A stretch of DNA of 64,000 bases from Desulfurellaceae bacterium (GTDB taxonomy: Bacteria > Desulfobacterota > Binatia > Bin18). How positions within the stretch are numbered: position 1 is the stretch's first letter; the number at the start of each line of letters is the position of its first letter. The translations under genes and the position numbers were made by a program. The notes below the pieces were generated by a model. It was not told the DNA's origin. It was given only the letters and a program-made list of their open reading frames with translations, and searched no databases. The DNA is taken from NCBI GenBank assembly GCA_021296095.1, contig JAGWBB010000001.1, forward strand, positions 20,116 through 84,115, read 5' to 3'. Below are positions 27,016 through 36,261 of this stretch, piece by piece.

Positions 27016-27067
27016 GCCGCGTCAGTCCGTGACATACCCGGCTAAAGTACCCGATACAACCTCCCCC

Positions 27068-28096
27068 ATGCGACGCGTAAACAGCCCCGAATCCAGCCCT
27101 CCATGCGTCTATATCGTCAGTCACGGTCCGGGCTGCCTGGATGGTGTGGCCGCAGCCGTGGCGGTTGCCCGCTACCGGGCTGGGGCCAGACTGATTCCCC
27201 GCTTCGCCTCAAATAGCCGTATTGACCAGGTGCTGCGCTCGATCAGCCCGGAGCACACCCCTGCGGGCAGCGAGGTGTGGATCACCGACATCTCGTGGAC
27301 TGAGGAAGCGACTAACACCCACCTGCGGCAACTCGCGGACAGGGGCGTCAAGCTGTACTGGTTCGACCACCACCGGACGGCTCTCGCCCGGCATGCCAGT
27401 GGGGCAATCCACGCCCCCTTCACCGACTATGAGCTGAGCGAAGCCGTGTCAGGCGCCCGCCTGGTGTACGAATATCTGGAGCGGCGGCTGGCCGCCAGCG
27501 ACCAAGCCAACGAGGCGTTTCGGGCCTTTGCGCCGGTTGTGGCCCAGGCCGATGACAACGACCGCTGGATCCACGCCATCCCCGGTTCGCGTGAGCTGGC
27601 CTTAACCGTCAGCACCCTGGCCGGCACCGATGATGACAATCTCGACGCCTACCACGCCCTGCTCGATATTGATGCCGATATCACCTACAGCCCGGCCATG
27701 CGGGCGGCCTACGAACAATCGACCCGCGAGATCAAAGACAGTTTCGCCCTGGCCCAGCGCAGCAGAGTCCGGCGGGCAGGACCGGACGGCAGCAGCCTGG
27801 TCTGCGCGGTGTGTGACGGCTATCCGAGCGAAATCGGGGACAGCTGGGGCAAACAGGCGACCAACACCGTCTTTGTCCTCTATGACCGCAAACATGGGGG
27901 GGTCAGTCTGCGCCGCTCCCCGGACTGCCAGGTTGACCTGTCCAAGCTGGCCCAGATGTTCGACGGCGGTGGCCATCCTGCGGCGTCCGGCTGTCGGCCG
28001 CACGAGCTGCCCGAGCTGATCGCCCGCAGCGTGGCTGGGCTGTTCGCCTCGGGTTTGCAGGACCTGTTTGATGCGGACCGCACGGAATCGGACTAG
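27068..28096 (+). CDS. DHH-family phosphoesterase with DHHA1 domain (NrnA-like)
   Basis: 'WFDHHRTA' DHH motif; 'GGGHPAASG' DHHA1 motif; trimmed to MRRVNSP. Confidence 0.7.
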   Translation: MRRVNSPESSPPCVYIVSHGPGCLDGVAAAVAVARYRAGARLIPRFASNSRIDQVLRSISPEHTPAGSEVWITDISWTEEATNTHLRQLADRGVKLYWFDHHRTALARHASGAIHAPFTDYELSEAVSGARLVYEYLERRLAASDQANEAFRAFAPVVAQADDNDRWIHAIPGSRELALTVSTLAGTDDDNLDAYHALLDIDADITYSPAMRAAYEQSTREIKDSFALAQRSRVRRAGPDGSSLVCAVCDGYPSEIGDSWGKQATNTVFVLYDRKHGGVSLRRSPDCQVDLSKLAQMFDGGGHPAASGCRPHELPELIARSVAGLFASGLQDLFDADRTESD

Positions 28097-28902
28097 GCCG
28101 CCCGGCCAGCCCGCTTTTTGCGAGCCGGGGCAAGCTCGTAGGCGTAATCAATAGTCAGCGGCGCATGATCGGAAAAGCGCTGGTCTTTATAAATCCACGT
28201 CCGGCGAGCCTTGGCCGCCAAGCCAGGGGTGGCAATCTGGTAGTCCAGCCGCCAGCCAACGTTCTTGGCCCAGGCCTGCCCCCGATTTGACCACCAGGTA
28301 TACTGCTCAGGTTCGCGATTCAGGCGTCGGAACACGTCGACAAAGCCGATCTCGTCAAAGACGCGGCTCAGCCACTCCTGTTCCTGGGGCAAAAAACCCG
28401 AATTTTTCTGATTCGAGCGCCAGTTCTTCAGATCCTTCTGGGTATGGGCGATATTCCAATCTCCGCACACCACCACATGTCTACGACTGGTCCGCAGCGC
28501 GCGCAGCTCGGGCGCCAGACGTTCCATGAACGCATACTTGGCCGCCTGGCGCTGCTCCGAACTTGAGCCCGACGGCAGGTACAGCGACACCAAGCTCAAC
28601 CGGCCGAAGTCGGCCCGCAGATAGCGTCCCTCGGCATCAATATCGGCGTGCCCCAAGCCGCACCGCAGGGCGTCTGGCGGGCGCCGGGCATACACCCCGA
28701 CCCCGGAATAGCCACGTTTCTCGGCCGGATGGAAATATCCGCTCAGCCCCGGGGGTTGGCGCAGAGCGGGAGACAGATCGGCCTCCTGGGCTTTCAGCTC
28801 CTGAACGCACACCAGATCGGGCTGCTGGTCTGCTAGCCAGACAAAAAATCCCTTGCGGGCGGCCGAGCGGATACCGTTGAGATTGCACGAGATAATGCGC
28901 AT
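28093..28902 (-). CDS. xthA: exodeoxyribonuclease III
   Basis: 'MRIISCNLNGIRSA...LVCVQELK' and C-terminal 'SDHAPL' motifs of the ExoIII/APE family. Confidence 0.85.
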   Translation of the reverse strand: MRIISCNLNGIRSAARKGFFVWLADQQPDLVCVQELKAQEADLSPALRQPPGLSGYFHPAEKRGYSGVGVYARRPPDALRCGLGHADIDAEGRYLRADFGRLSLVSLYLPSGSSSEQRQAAKYAFMERLAPELRALRTSRRHVVVCGDWNIAHTQKDLKNWRSNQKNSGFLPQEQEWLSRVFDEIGFVDVFRRLNREPEQYTWWSNRGQAWAKNVGWRLDYQIATPGLAAKARRTWIYKDQRFSDHAPLTIDYAYELAPARKKRAGRAA

Positions 28903-28917
28903 GAAGCCTTCCTGCGA

Positions 28918-29163
28918 TTAGCGGAGGCGCGGTCGGGGAACTGGATCGCAGCCGCCAGCACACCAGGGGTGACAGCGGCCGAGGCGTTTGAGGGTCAGAC
29001 CCAGGGCCCGGAAAAAGGAGTGAAGCTGAAAACACTCGATGGCGTACTGGGAACAGCTGGGCAGAAACCGGCAGCCGGCCTGCGGGCCGAACACGGCCGG
29101 CAGGAGCGGCGACACCAGGCGCTGATAGACGCGCAGCAGCCCGATCAGACTCCGGCACCCCAT
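28918..29163 (-). CDS. yidD: membrane protein insertion efficiency factor YidD
   Basis: 'CRFLPSCSQYAIECFQ...RLGRCHPWCAGGCDPVP' is the YidD signature. Confidence 0.7.
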   Translation of the reverse strand: MGCRSLIGLLRVYQRLVSPLLPAVFGPQAGCRFLPSCSQYAIECFQLHSFFRALGLTLKRLGRCHPWCAGGCDPVPRPRLR

Positions 29164-29222
29164 CGCGCCGAGGCCGGCCCGGATGCCGCAGGCTGCTGTG
29201 TCGTGCCGATCCATGCACCCAA

Positions 29223-29308
29223 TCTATCCCAGCCGCAGCCAAAAGGACACCGGCGGCCAGGCTGGGATAGGCGACTAATCTTGACAGTCCCTGCCGGGCT
29301 GGATAAGA
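29223..29308 (+). promoter_or_regulatory. 11-bp perfect inverted repeat (CTATCCCAGCC-N25-GGCTGGGATAG) abutting a TTGACA-N17-TAAGAC promoter-like element upstream of the DyP peroxidase gene
   Basis: Perfect TTGACA at 29280-29285; -10-like TAAGAC 17 nt later; GAGGAGGA RBS before the ATG at 29342; the IR sits where an operator would. Confidence 0.3.
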
Positions 29309-29341
29309 CGGGGAGTAGCAAATTCTAGAGAGGAGGATTAC

Positions 29342-30265
29342 ATGGCAACACCTCAACCTGCCGTACTGAACAGGGATATGGGTCAGCATCAATGGTACGT
29401 CCATCTGAGCCGGCTGGACGGCGCGGATATGGGTCGGATCAAGTCTGCTGTCTCCCAGCTCCGTAAAGACTGCGACGATCAGGGTATCAACCTGACCATC
29501 GGCGTCGGTCCGAGCCTATTGTCAGACCTGACGGATGACGTGCCCAGCGATTTTCAGCCCTACGAAACCTTTCGGTCTGTTGATGGCAGCGGCAAAGAGG
29601 CCAAGGGGACCCAAGAAGAGCTGCTGTTCTGGCTGAACCACGACGACAAAGACAAGGTCTGGAAGACGCAGTTTGACGCCCGCCGGGCGCTCAGGGAGGA
29701 CATGCGCGTCGCCCGCGAGACCATGACCTTCATCTATGGCAACTCCTTTGACATGACCGGCTTCAAAGACGGGACCGGCAACCCCGACCCCGAGCGCGAT
29801 GTCGAGGTGGCTATTGTTCCGGACGGGGAACCCGGAGCGGGCGGCAGCTTTATCATCGCCCAGCGCTGGATCCATGACCTTGAGGCCTGGAATCTGCTGC
29901 CGGTTGATGAACAGGAAAAAGTCTTTGGCCGGACCAAGGGGGAAGAATCCGCCAAGCTGTCCCCCCTGCCCCCCCACTCGCACCTGGCGCACCACGAGCT
30001 ACGTGAGGGCAAAACGGGCGATGAGAGCACGCCCAAACGTGACGAGATCTCCCGCCGTTCGACGCCGTATGCCTTCCACGATGGAACGGTCGGCCTGTAT
30101 TTCATGGCCTTCTGCAAGTCTCAGGCGCCGCTACGCGAGCGCATGCGGGCCATGTATGGGATGGATGGCCAGCTACGCGACCGGCTGACATCGTACAGCA
30201 ACCCGGCGTCGGGCTCGTTCTATTTTGCCCCGTCGGTCGAGACGCTGGACAAGGCGCTGTCGTAA
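29342..30265 (+). CDS. Dyp-type (dye-decolorizing) peroxidase family protein
   Basis: 'FDMTGFKDGTGNP' GxxDG motif and overall DyP pattern. Confidence 0.8.
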   Translation: MATPQPAVLNRDMGQHQWYVHLSRLDGADMGRIKSAVSQLRKDCDDQGINLTIGVGPSLLSDLTDDVPSDFQPYETFRSVDGSGKEAKGTQEELLFWLNHDDKDKVWKTQFDARRALREDMRVARETMTFIYGNSFDMTGFKDGTGNPDPERDVEVAIVPDGEPGAGGSFIIAQRWIHDLEAWNLLPVDEQEKVFGRTKGEESAKLSPLPPHSHLAHHELREGKTGDESTPKRDEISRRSTPYAFHDGTVGLYFMAFCKSQAPLRERMRAMYGMDGQLRDRLTSYSNPASGSFYFAPSVETLDKALS

Positions 30266-30287
30266 GGCAGCCCTCTGCCTCGCAGCA

Positions 30288-30321
30288 AACGGGGTCTCCT
30301 TGGGGGAGGCCCCGTTTTTTT
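30288..30321 (+). terminator. Rho-independent terminator (GC-rich hairpin + T8)
   Basis: AAACGGGGTCTCC-TTGG-GGGAGGCCCCGTTTTTTTT directly after the DyP stop. Confidence 0.7.
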
Positions 30322-30324
30322 GGC

Positions 30325-30927
30325 TCAGCATTTTTCCAGGCTGAACACCGCCGTCGTCGCCCGCAGATTTTTATAGCGGACGTTCTTCAGGCGCCGCGTG
30401 TGGGCCAGATAGCGCTCCTGCGCGATGCGGACTTCCAGCCGCTGGCAGAAGTCGCCAAAGTCGGCCACCGTAAAGGCCTGCCAGCGGGGCGCCTGATGCC
30501 AGCGTTCGGGCAGGTCAGAGGCGTGCGGGATGCGCCCGGTCAGCAGCAGCTCAAACCGACACCGCCAATAGCCCCAGTTGGGAAAACTGACAATCGCCTG
30601 TTTGCCGACCCGCAGCATCTCCTCGACGATCATGGCCGGATCGTCCAGAAACGGCAGCGTCTGGCTCAGGATCACATAGTCGAAACTGGCCGCCGGATAA
30701 TCGGCCAACCCCTCTTCGAGGTTGCCCTGGCGCACGCTCAAACCGCGCCGGACACAGGTCAGAATCCCATCCTCGCCCAACTCGATGCCCCGTCCGGTCA
30801 CCTGTTTCTCGCGGACGAGGTACTCGAGCAGGGCGCCGTCCCCACACCCCAGGTCAAGAATACGGACCTGGGGGGGCACCAGATCGGCGATGACGAGTAG
30901 GTCGGAACGCAGGCTGACAGGGCTCAC
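30325..30927 (-). CDS. metW: methionine biosynthesis protein MetW
   Basis: 'SDLLVIADLVPPQVRILDLGCGDGALLEYL' MetW signature; start placed at the GTG just downstream of the metX stop (the ORF-track N-terminus overlaps metX by ~100 nt). Confidence 0.8.
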   Translation of the reverse strand: MSPVSLRSDLLVIADLVPPQVRILDLGCGDGALLEYLVREKQVTGRGIELGEDGILTCVRRGLSVRQGNLEEGLADYPAASFDYVILSQTLPFLDDPAMIVEEMLRVGKQAIVSFPNWGYWRCRFELLLTGRIPHASDLPERWHQAPRWQAFTVADFGDFCQRLEVRIAQERYLAHTRRLKNVRYKNLRATTAVFSLEKC

Positions 30928-30943
30928 AGCGTGGTCTGCCCGC

Positions 30944-32164
30944 TCATGCAGCCACCCCGGTCTTCCGCCCCTTTTGATTGCGGGTCGGCGGATGGGACGA
31001 GGGGCCGGCGGGCACAGTGATACCCTCATCGTGGACCAGGCGGTCAAGAAAACTGCCGAGTAAACTGGTCATGGTCTCGACTTCGAGCAGAAACGCGTCG
31101 TGCCCCCACGAACTCTGTACGTCGAGATAGGTCACATCGGCCCCGGCGGCGGTCAACGCGCTGACCAGCTCTTTGCTGTGATAGCTCGGATACAGCCAGT
31201 CGCTGGTAAAGCTGACGACCAGATATTTGAGCCCAGCCGAGTTGGCAAACGCGGCGGCCAGGGAACCGGTCGTGGCGCTCAGGTCGAAATAGTCCATCGC
31301 CTTGGTGATATACAGATAGCTATTGGCGTCAAACCGGCGAGTAAAGTTATTGCCCTTGTATTTCAGATAGCTTTCGACCTGAAACTCGGTCCGAAATTCA
31401 TAGCCGTAGCGGACGCGACCCTGCAAACGACGGCCGAACTTCTGCTGCATGGACTCTTCGCTCAGATAGGTGATATGGCCGACCATCCGCGCCACGGCCA
31501 GCCCGGCGTCGGGTTTGGCCTCGGCGCTGTAATAATCACCGTTATTCCAGGCCGGGTCTGCGTAAATGGCCTGGCGACCGACCTCACTCAGCGCGATCAG
31601 CATCGGGCTGTGGTGGGCCGTGGTGGCGACCGGGATGGCCGCCCGGACGCGCTTCGGATGCGCGGCTGCCCACTCCAGGGCCTGCATGCCGCCCATTGAG
31701 CCGCCGGCCACGCACAGCAACCGGTCAATCTCCAGGTGATCCACCAGCCGAACCTGGGCGCGGACCATATCGCCGATAGTCACGACCGGGAAACGCATGC
31801 CGTACGGCGTCTGGGTGGCCGGGTCGAGATGGGCCGGACCGGTCGAGCCGTAACAGCCGCCCAGGACGTTGCTGCAGATGACAAAGAAGCGGTCGGTATC
31901 AAAGGCCTTGCCCGGTCCGATGCAGTCGTCCCACCAGCCCAGACGCCCGTCCTCGGGCTCGTAGTGGCCGGCGGCGTGGGCACTCCCGCTCAGCGCATGG
32001 GTGATCAGAATGGCGTTCGAGCGGTCCGCGTTCAGCTGCCCGTAGGTCTCATAGGCGAGGCTGACCGGGCTCAGCGTTGTCCCGCTGTCAAGCGGAAACG
32101 GCTGCTGCTGGGCAAAGGTGAGTTGGTGCGGCTGGACAATGCCGACATCGCCAGTACTGCTCAT
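30944..32164 (-). CDS. metX: homoserine O-acetyltransferase
   Basis: 'ILITHALSGSAHAAG' and alpha/beta hydrolase pattern typical of MetX. Confidence 0.9.
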   Translation of the reverse strand: MSSTGDVGIVQPHQLTFAQQQPFPLDSGTTLSPVSLAYETYGQLNADRSNAILITHALSGSAHAAGHYEPEDGRLGWWDDCIGPGKAFDTDRFFVICSNVLGGCYGSTGPAHLDPATQTPYGMRFPVVTIGDMVRAQVRLVDHLEIDRLLCVAGGSMGGMQALEWAAAHPKRVRAAIPVATTAHHSPMLIALSEVGRQAIYADPAWNNGDYYSAEAKPDAGLAVARMVGHITYLSEESMQQKFGRRLQGRVRYGYEFRTEFQVESYLKYKGNNFTRRFDANSYLYITKAMDYFDLSATTGSLAAAFANSAGLKYLVVSFTSDWLYPSYHSKELVSALTAAGADVTYLDVQSSWGHDAFLLEVETMTSLLGSFLDRLVHDEGITVPAGPSSHPPTRNQKGRKTGVAA

Positions 32165-32195
32165 GGGTTGTCTCGGTCAGCTCTCCGCCGGAGCG

Positions 32196-33494
32196 CTAGC
32201 TGCTGGCCGCCCTGAGGGCCTGGTCCAGGTCCCACACAATGTCATCGGCGTCTTCTATGCCGACACTCAGCCGGACGAAATCGGGCGATACCCCGGCACT
32301 CAGCAACTCGTCCTCGTTGAGCTGGCTGTGGGTCGTGCTGGCCGGGTGGATAGCCAGACTCTTGGCGTCCCCGACATTGGCCACATGGCTGTGAAGTCTG
32401 AGGCTGTTGATAAAGGTCTCGCCCGCCGCACGCCCGCCCTTGATCCGAAAGCCCAGGATCGATCCGGCGCCGCGGGGCAGATATTTCTGGGCTCTGGCGT
32501 GGTCCGGGTGCTGGGCCAGGCCGGGAAAGGCGACCGATTCGACCCCGGGATGGGTGTCGAGAAACTCGGCCACCTGCTGAGCGTTTTCGACATGGCGCTG
32601 CATACGCAGACTCAGCGTCTCAACTCCCAGCAGGGTGGTGAAGCTGTCAAACGGCGCCTGACAGCCGCCCACGTCGCGCAGGATCTGCACCCGAGACTTG
32701 AGAATCATGGCCGGGGCGCCCAGGTCGGCGTACACCAAGCCGTGATAGGACGGGTCCGGTTCGGTGAAATTGGGAAAGCGGCCGCTTCGCCAGTCAAAAT
32801 TGCCGCCATCAATAATCGCCCCCCCAATCGCCGTGCCGTGCCCGCTCAGAAACTTGGTTGTGCTGTGAGTCACAATGTGCGCCCCCCAGTCAAACGGCCG
32901 GCACAGGTAGGGCGTGGCAAAAGTGTTGTCGATCATGATCGGAATATGGTGGGCCCGCGACACCTCGGACACCTCGTCAAACGGAAAAACTGTAATGTCC
33001 GGGTTTCCCAGGGTCTCACCGTAGAGAATCTTGGTGTTGGGCTGGACCGCGGCGGCAAACTCCTCGGGTTTGGTCGGATCGACAAAGGTCGTCGTAATCC
33101 CCATGCGCGGAAAGGTGTGGGTGAACTGGTTATACGTCCCGCCATACAGGCGGCTGCTGCTGACGATATGATCGCCCTGCCCGCACAGGGCCATGATGGC
33201 CATCATCTGGGCCGCGTGGCCGCTGCTGGAAACCAGGGCGCCGACCCCGCCTTCGAGCGAGGCCAGGCGCTGTTCCAGGACATCGTTGGTCGGATTCATG
33301 ATGCGGGTATAGATATTGCCGGGCTCTTTGAGGGCAAACAGGTCGGCCGCGTGCCCGGTGTCTTTGAACTGATAGCTGGTGGTGTGGTAGATCGGCACCG
33401 CCCGACTGCCGGTGGTCGGATCGGGCTGTTGGCCGGCGTGCAGCTGACGGGTGCTGAATCCGTATTGGCGCTCATGCGTCTGGTTGGCGCTCAT
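32196..33494 (-). CDS. metY: O-acetylhomoserine aminocarboxypropyltransferase (sulfhydrylase)
   Basis: PLP-dependent Cys/Met metabolism family; 'MSANQTHERQYGFSTRQLHAGQ' MetY-typical N-terminus. Confidence 0.9.
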   Translation of the reverse strand: MSANQTHERQYGFSTRQLHAGQQPDPTTGSRAVPIYHTTSYQFKDTGHAADLFALKEPGNIYTRIMNPTNDVLEQRLASLEGGVGALVSSSGHAAQMMAIMALCGQGDHIVSSSRLYGGTYNQFTHTFPRMGITTTFVDPTKPEEFAAAVQPNTKILYGETLGNPDITVFPFDEVSEVSRAHHIPIMIDNTFATPYLCRPFDWGAHIVTHSTTKFLSGHGTAIGGAIIDGGNFDWRSGRFPNFTEPDPSYHGLVYADLGAPAMILKSRVQILRDVGGCQAPFDSFTTLLGVETLSLRMQRHVENAQQVAEFLDTHPGVESVAFPGLAQHPDHARAQKYLPRGAGSILGFRIKGGRAAGETFINSLRLHSHVANVGDAKSLAIHPASTTHSQLNEDELLSAGVSPDFVRLSVGIEDADDIVWDLDQALRAASS

Positions 33495-33563
33495 GCGTTA
33501 TTCTCCCTCGTGATGCCAGGTTCGGCCTCGTCCCTCTTGCCAAGGTGGCTGGCGTTCGTCCGA

Positions 33564-33594
33564 GTATAGCGGGAGAAGACGTGGGGCAGCAAGA
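33564..33594 (-). promoter_or_regulatory. candidate sigma-70 promoter of metYXW (TTGCTG-N18-TATACT)
   Basis: Read on the minus strand in the 190-nt divergent intergenic region; -10 is ~70 nt upstream of the metY ATG; coordinates are approximate. Confidence 0.25.
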
Positions 33595-33684
33595 CGCTGA
33601 GTGTTGCGGCCCGCGTTGCAGGACCCGGTACGGCTGGCTATGATGCCCCCATCGGCCTGTCACCAACAGGCGAAGGAGGATCCC

Positions 33685-34047
33685 ATGCCAGGTAAATTCT
33701 GTGTTTCTCTCACCCACGCCAAAGACAACCCGGATAAAGCCACCGTCGCCTTTGTGATTGCCAATGCCGCGGTCGGCTCCGATCAGGAAACCCTGGTATT
33801 TTTGAGTACCGAAGGCGTGCGCTTGGCCGTCAGCGGCTATGCCGACGATATCCGTGAAGACGGATTTCTGCCCCTCAAAGAGCTGATGACAAACTACGCC
33901 GAAGCCGGCGGGACGATCTATGTGTGCTCGCCGTGCTTCAAGAGACGGGGCCTGGACGAAAACAGTCTGGTGCCGGGGGCGAAGATCGTAGGCGGAGCCA
34001 AGCTGATCGAGTATCTGGCCGACGGCACACCGTGTGTGTCGTACTGA
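33685..34047 (+). CDS. DsrE/DsrF-like family protein
   Basis: ~120 aa; conserved Cys context 'YVCSPCF'; GAAGGAGGA RBS; trimmed to MPGKFCVS. Confidence 0.65.
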   Translation: MPGKFCVSLTHAKDNPDKATVAFVIANAAVGSDQETLVFLSTEGVRLAVSGYADDIREDGFLPLKELMTNYAEAGGTIYVCSPCFKRRGLDENSLVPGAKIVGGAKLIEYLADGTPCVSY

Positions 34048-34101
34048 TCCGAATCGTTCTCCCGCTTGTCGCTGCAGCTCAGAGACGAGAGCGCAGGAGT
34101 C

Positions 34102-35679
34102 ATGGCAATGGATGAGCACCCGTATCAGCCGCACGACAGTTTTGACGGTGGCGATCTCGACTGCGGAAACGGTCTGCTGTTGCTGATCCGCAAACATATC
34201 GATCCGCTCACTCTAGGCCAGCTGCTCGAGATTCTGTCAACCGAATCCTCCGTCGTCGAAGACCTGCCGGCCTGGTGCCGTCTGACCAAGAATGAGCTGG
34301 TCTCCCATATCCGGCGCGGCCAGCAGAACAGTTTTCTGGTCTCCAAAGGGCCGCATCACAAGCCGGCCGACCGGGTGCCAACGCCGTCACCTGTCCAGAA
34401 GCATCGGCACAAAAAAACGCGAACGCCGCGCACGGACAGGGAACCGGCGCCGATCACCCAGCCAATCAAAGAGGTGGTCATTCCCGACCAGTTGCCGGCC
34501 CCTCAGCCCGCCTCGGCTATTGCCCCGCTGTCGGTCATGAACATCGGCAGCTGGCCGCGTCCGCCGTGGTTGCTGCGGGCGCTGAACGACCATCTCGAAG
34601 GACGGATGCCGGACGACGAGTTTTCACGCACGGCCGAAGACGCGGTGCGTCTGGCGGTTGCCGCCCAGCAGCGGGCCGGGGTCCAGGTCGTGACCGACGG
34701 TGAGCAGCACCGCGACAACTATGCCAGCTTTGTGGGCGGCCTGCTCGACAACTGTCAGCTGATCCCCATCACCGACCTGCTGCCCTATGTTGACGACCCG
34801 CACGAATTTGAGCGCGAACTGCGCGCCCTGGACGTGCCGGCCGGTAAAGTCCGCCATCCCGCAGTGTTCGGTCCCCTGGGGCGCAGCCGTTCGCTCACCG
34901 TTCACGAGGCCGAGTTCTTGCGGGGTCTGACCCCGGCGCCGCTGAAAGTCGCCCTGCCCGGCCCCTACCTGTTGACCCGGACGATGTGGATGGAATGTAT
35001 CTCAGACCGGGCCTACGACACCCGTGAAGACCTCGCCACCGACATTGTCCGGGTGCTGCGCGAGGAGGTGCATCATCTGCTGGCCGCCGGCGTGTCCCTG
35101 GTCCAGCTTGACGAGCCGGTTCTGACCGAGGTCGTCTTCAGCGGCACGATCACCAACCGCACCTTCATGTGCGGCGCCCTGGGAGAAAAACGCGAACCCG
35201 CAGCCGAACTCGCCTTGGCCGCATCGCTCATTCAACAGGTCGTCGCAGGTCTGCCACGCGAACGCCTGGGCCTACACATCTGCCGCGGCAACTGGACCCC
35301 GGACGAGAGCGTTGCCCTGGCCGGCGACTATGTGCCACTCATCCCGCTCCTGCAAAAGCTGCCGGTGGGGACGTTTTTCCTCGAGCTGTGTACCCCGCGG
35401 GCCGGCGATATGGAGGTCCTGGCCGCGCTGCCGGCCGAGGCGCGTATCGGCGTCGGTGTGGTCAACCAGAAGCATCAGGCCACGGAAAGCCTTGAGGAGG
35501 TTTTGGCCAGGGCCGAGCGCGCCGTCGCCCTGTTCGGACCGGAACGGGTCCTGCTCAACCCGGACTGTGGCTTTGCCACCTTTGCCGACAACCCCATCGT
35601 TTCGGCCCAGCAGGCCGAGCACAAGCTGGCGGTCATGGTCGAAGCCGCCGCCCGGCTACGGGAGCGCTATCCACTGTAG
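34102..35679 (+). CDS. fusion protein: N-terminal TusA-like domain + C-terminal core-MetE-like (cobalamin-independent methionine synthase C-terminal/UROD-MetE superfamily) zinc methyltransferase domain
   Basis: N-terminus 'DLDCGNGLLLLIRKHIDPLTLGQLLEILSTE...DLPAWCRLTKNELV' parallels TusA 'LDxRGLxCPxP...ipaWcr..gh.l'; C-terminus has 'LVQLDEP', zinc ligands 'LHICRGN' (H-x-C) and 'NPDCGF'. Confidence 0.6.
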   Translation: MAMDEHPYQPHDSFDGGDLDCGNGLLLLIRKHIDPLTLGQLLEILSTESSVVEDLPAWCRLTKNELVSHIRRGQQNSFLVSKGPHHKPADRVPTPSPVQKHRHKKTRTPRTDREPAPITQPIKEVVIPDQLPAPQPASAIAPLSVMNIGSWPRPPWLLRALNDHLEGRMPDDEFSRTAEDAVRLAVAAQQRAGVQVVTDGEQHRDNYASFVGGLLDNCQLIPITDLLPYVDDPHEFERELRALDVPAGKVRHPAVFGPLGRSRSLTVHEAEFLRGLTPAPLKVALPGPYLLTRTMWMECISDRAYDTREDLATDIVRVLREEVHHLLAAGVSLVQLDEPVLTEVVFSGTITNRTFMCGALGEKREPAAELALAASLIQQVVAGLPRERLGLHICRGNWTPDESVALAGDYVPLIPLLQKLPVGTFFLELCTPRAGDMEVLAALPAEARIGVGVVNQKHQATESLEEVLARAERAVALFGPERVLLNPDCGFATFADNPIVSAQQAEHKLAVMVEAAARLRERYPL

Positions 35680-35772
35680 ACCCGCTGATACCGACACAGT
35701 ATGGCCTTTCTTTGGGGACCGTCTGCTGCTACAAGCCGTCCATAAACCCCCAGACCTTCAGGAGACGAAAAC

Positions 35773-36258
35773 ATGACACAGCTCCGCATAGAGGGTGAGG
35801 TTTCCACTCCCCAGGCTTTCAGCTTCAGCGACCTGACTCGGCTGCCCGGCCAGATCGCCGATGTCGGGCAGTTTATTCCCGGCCGTGACGGCGGCGGTGT
35901 TCGCCTGCGGTCTCTGCTCGAGCGGGTCAGCCCCGCGGACAGCGCTCGGTATATGACCCTCGAATCCAGCGATGGAAAATTTTCGGCCAGCCTGCCCATC
36001 ACAGCCGTGCAGGACGCCATTGTGGCCTATCGGCTGGGGGATGCACCGCTGCCGACCAAAAAAGGCGGCCCATTTCGCTTTTTTATTCCCAATGTCGAGG
36101 AGTGTGCGGTTGGCGAGGTTGACGCGTGTGCCAACGTCAAATTTCTGGGGCGCCTGCACCTGAGCCACGAACCCGGTCGGGATGTCCGTCCGACCAGCCC
36201 GGTATCGCACCAAGCTCACCACGAACAACCGGGCCATGAGCACCTGCCCAAAGACTAG
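35773..36258 (+). CDS. sulfite-oxidase-like molybdopterin-binding (Oxidored_molyb) domain protein
   Basis: 'AIVAYRLGDAPLPTKKGGPFRFFIPNVE' matches the 'LAyemNGepLp.dHGaPlRlvvPg' core of SO-family Moco domains; CAGGAGA RBS. Confidence 0.5.
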   Translation: MTQLRIEGEVSTPQAFSFSDLTRLPGQIADVGQFIPGRDGGGVRLRSLLERVSPADSARYMTLESSDGKFSASLPITAVQDAIVAYRLGDAPLPTKKGGPFRFFIPNVEECAVGEVDACANVKFLGRLHLSHEPGRDVRPTSPVSHQAHHEQPGHEHLPKD

Positions 36259-36261
36259 GTC

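Noticed and set aside
33495-33684. Possible SAM-I/SAM-II or cobalamin riboswitch in the metY / DsrE divergent region (e.g. CAAGAGGGACGAGGCC, GGGAGAAG, TTGCAGGACCCGG)
   Set aside because: Only fragmentary resemblance to the consensus cores. CAAGAG lies ~45 nt from the metY ATG, which is too close for a full aptamer plus expression platform. A covariance-model scan is needed before any call.
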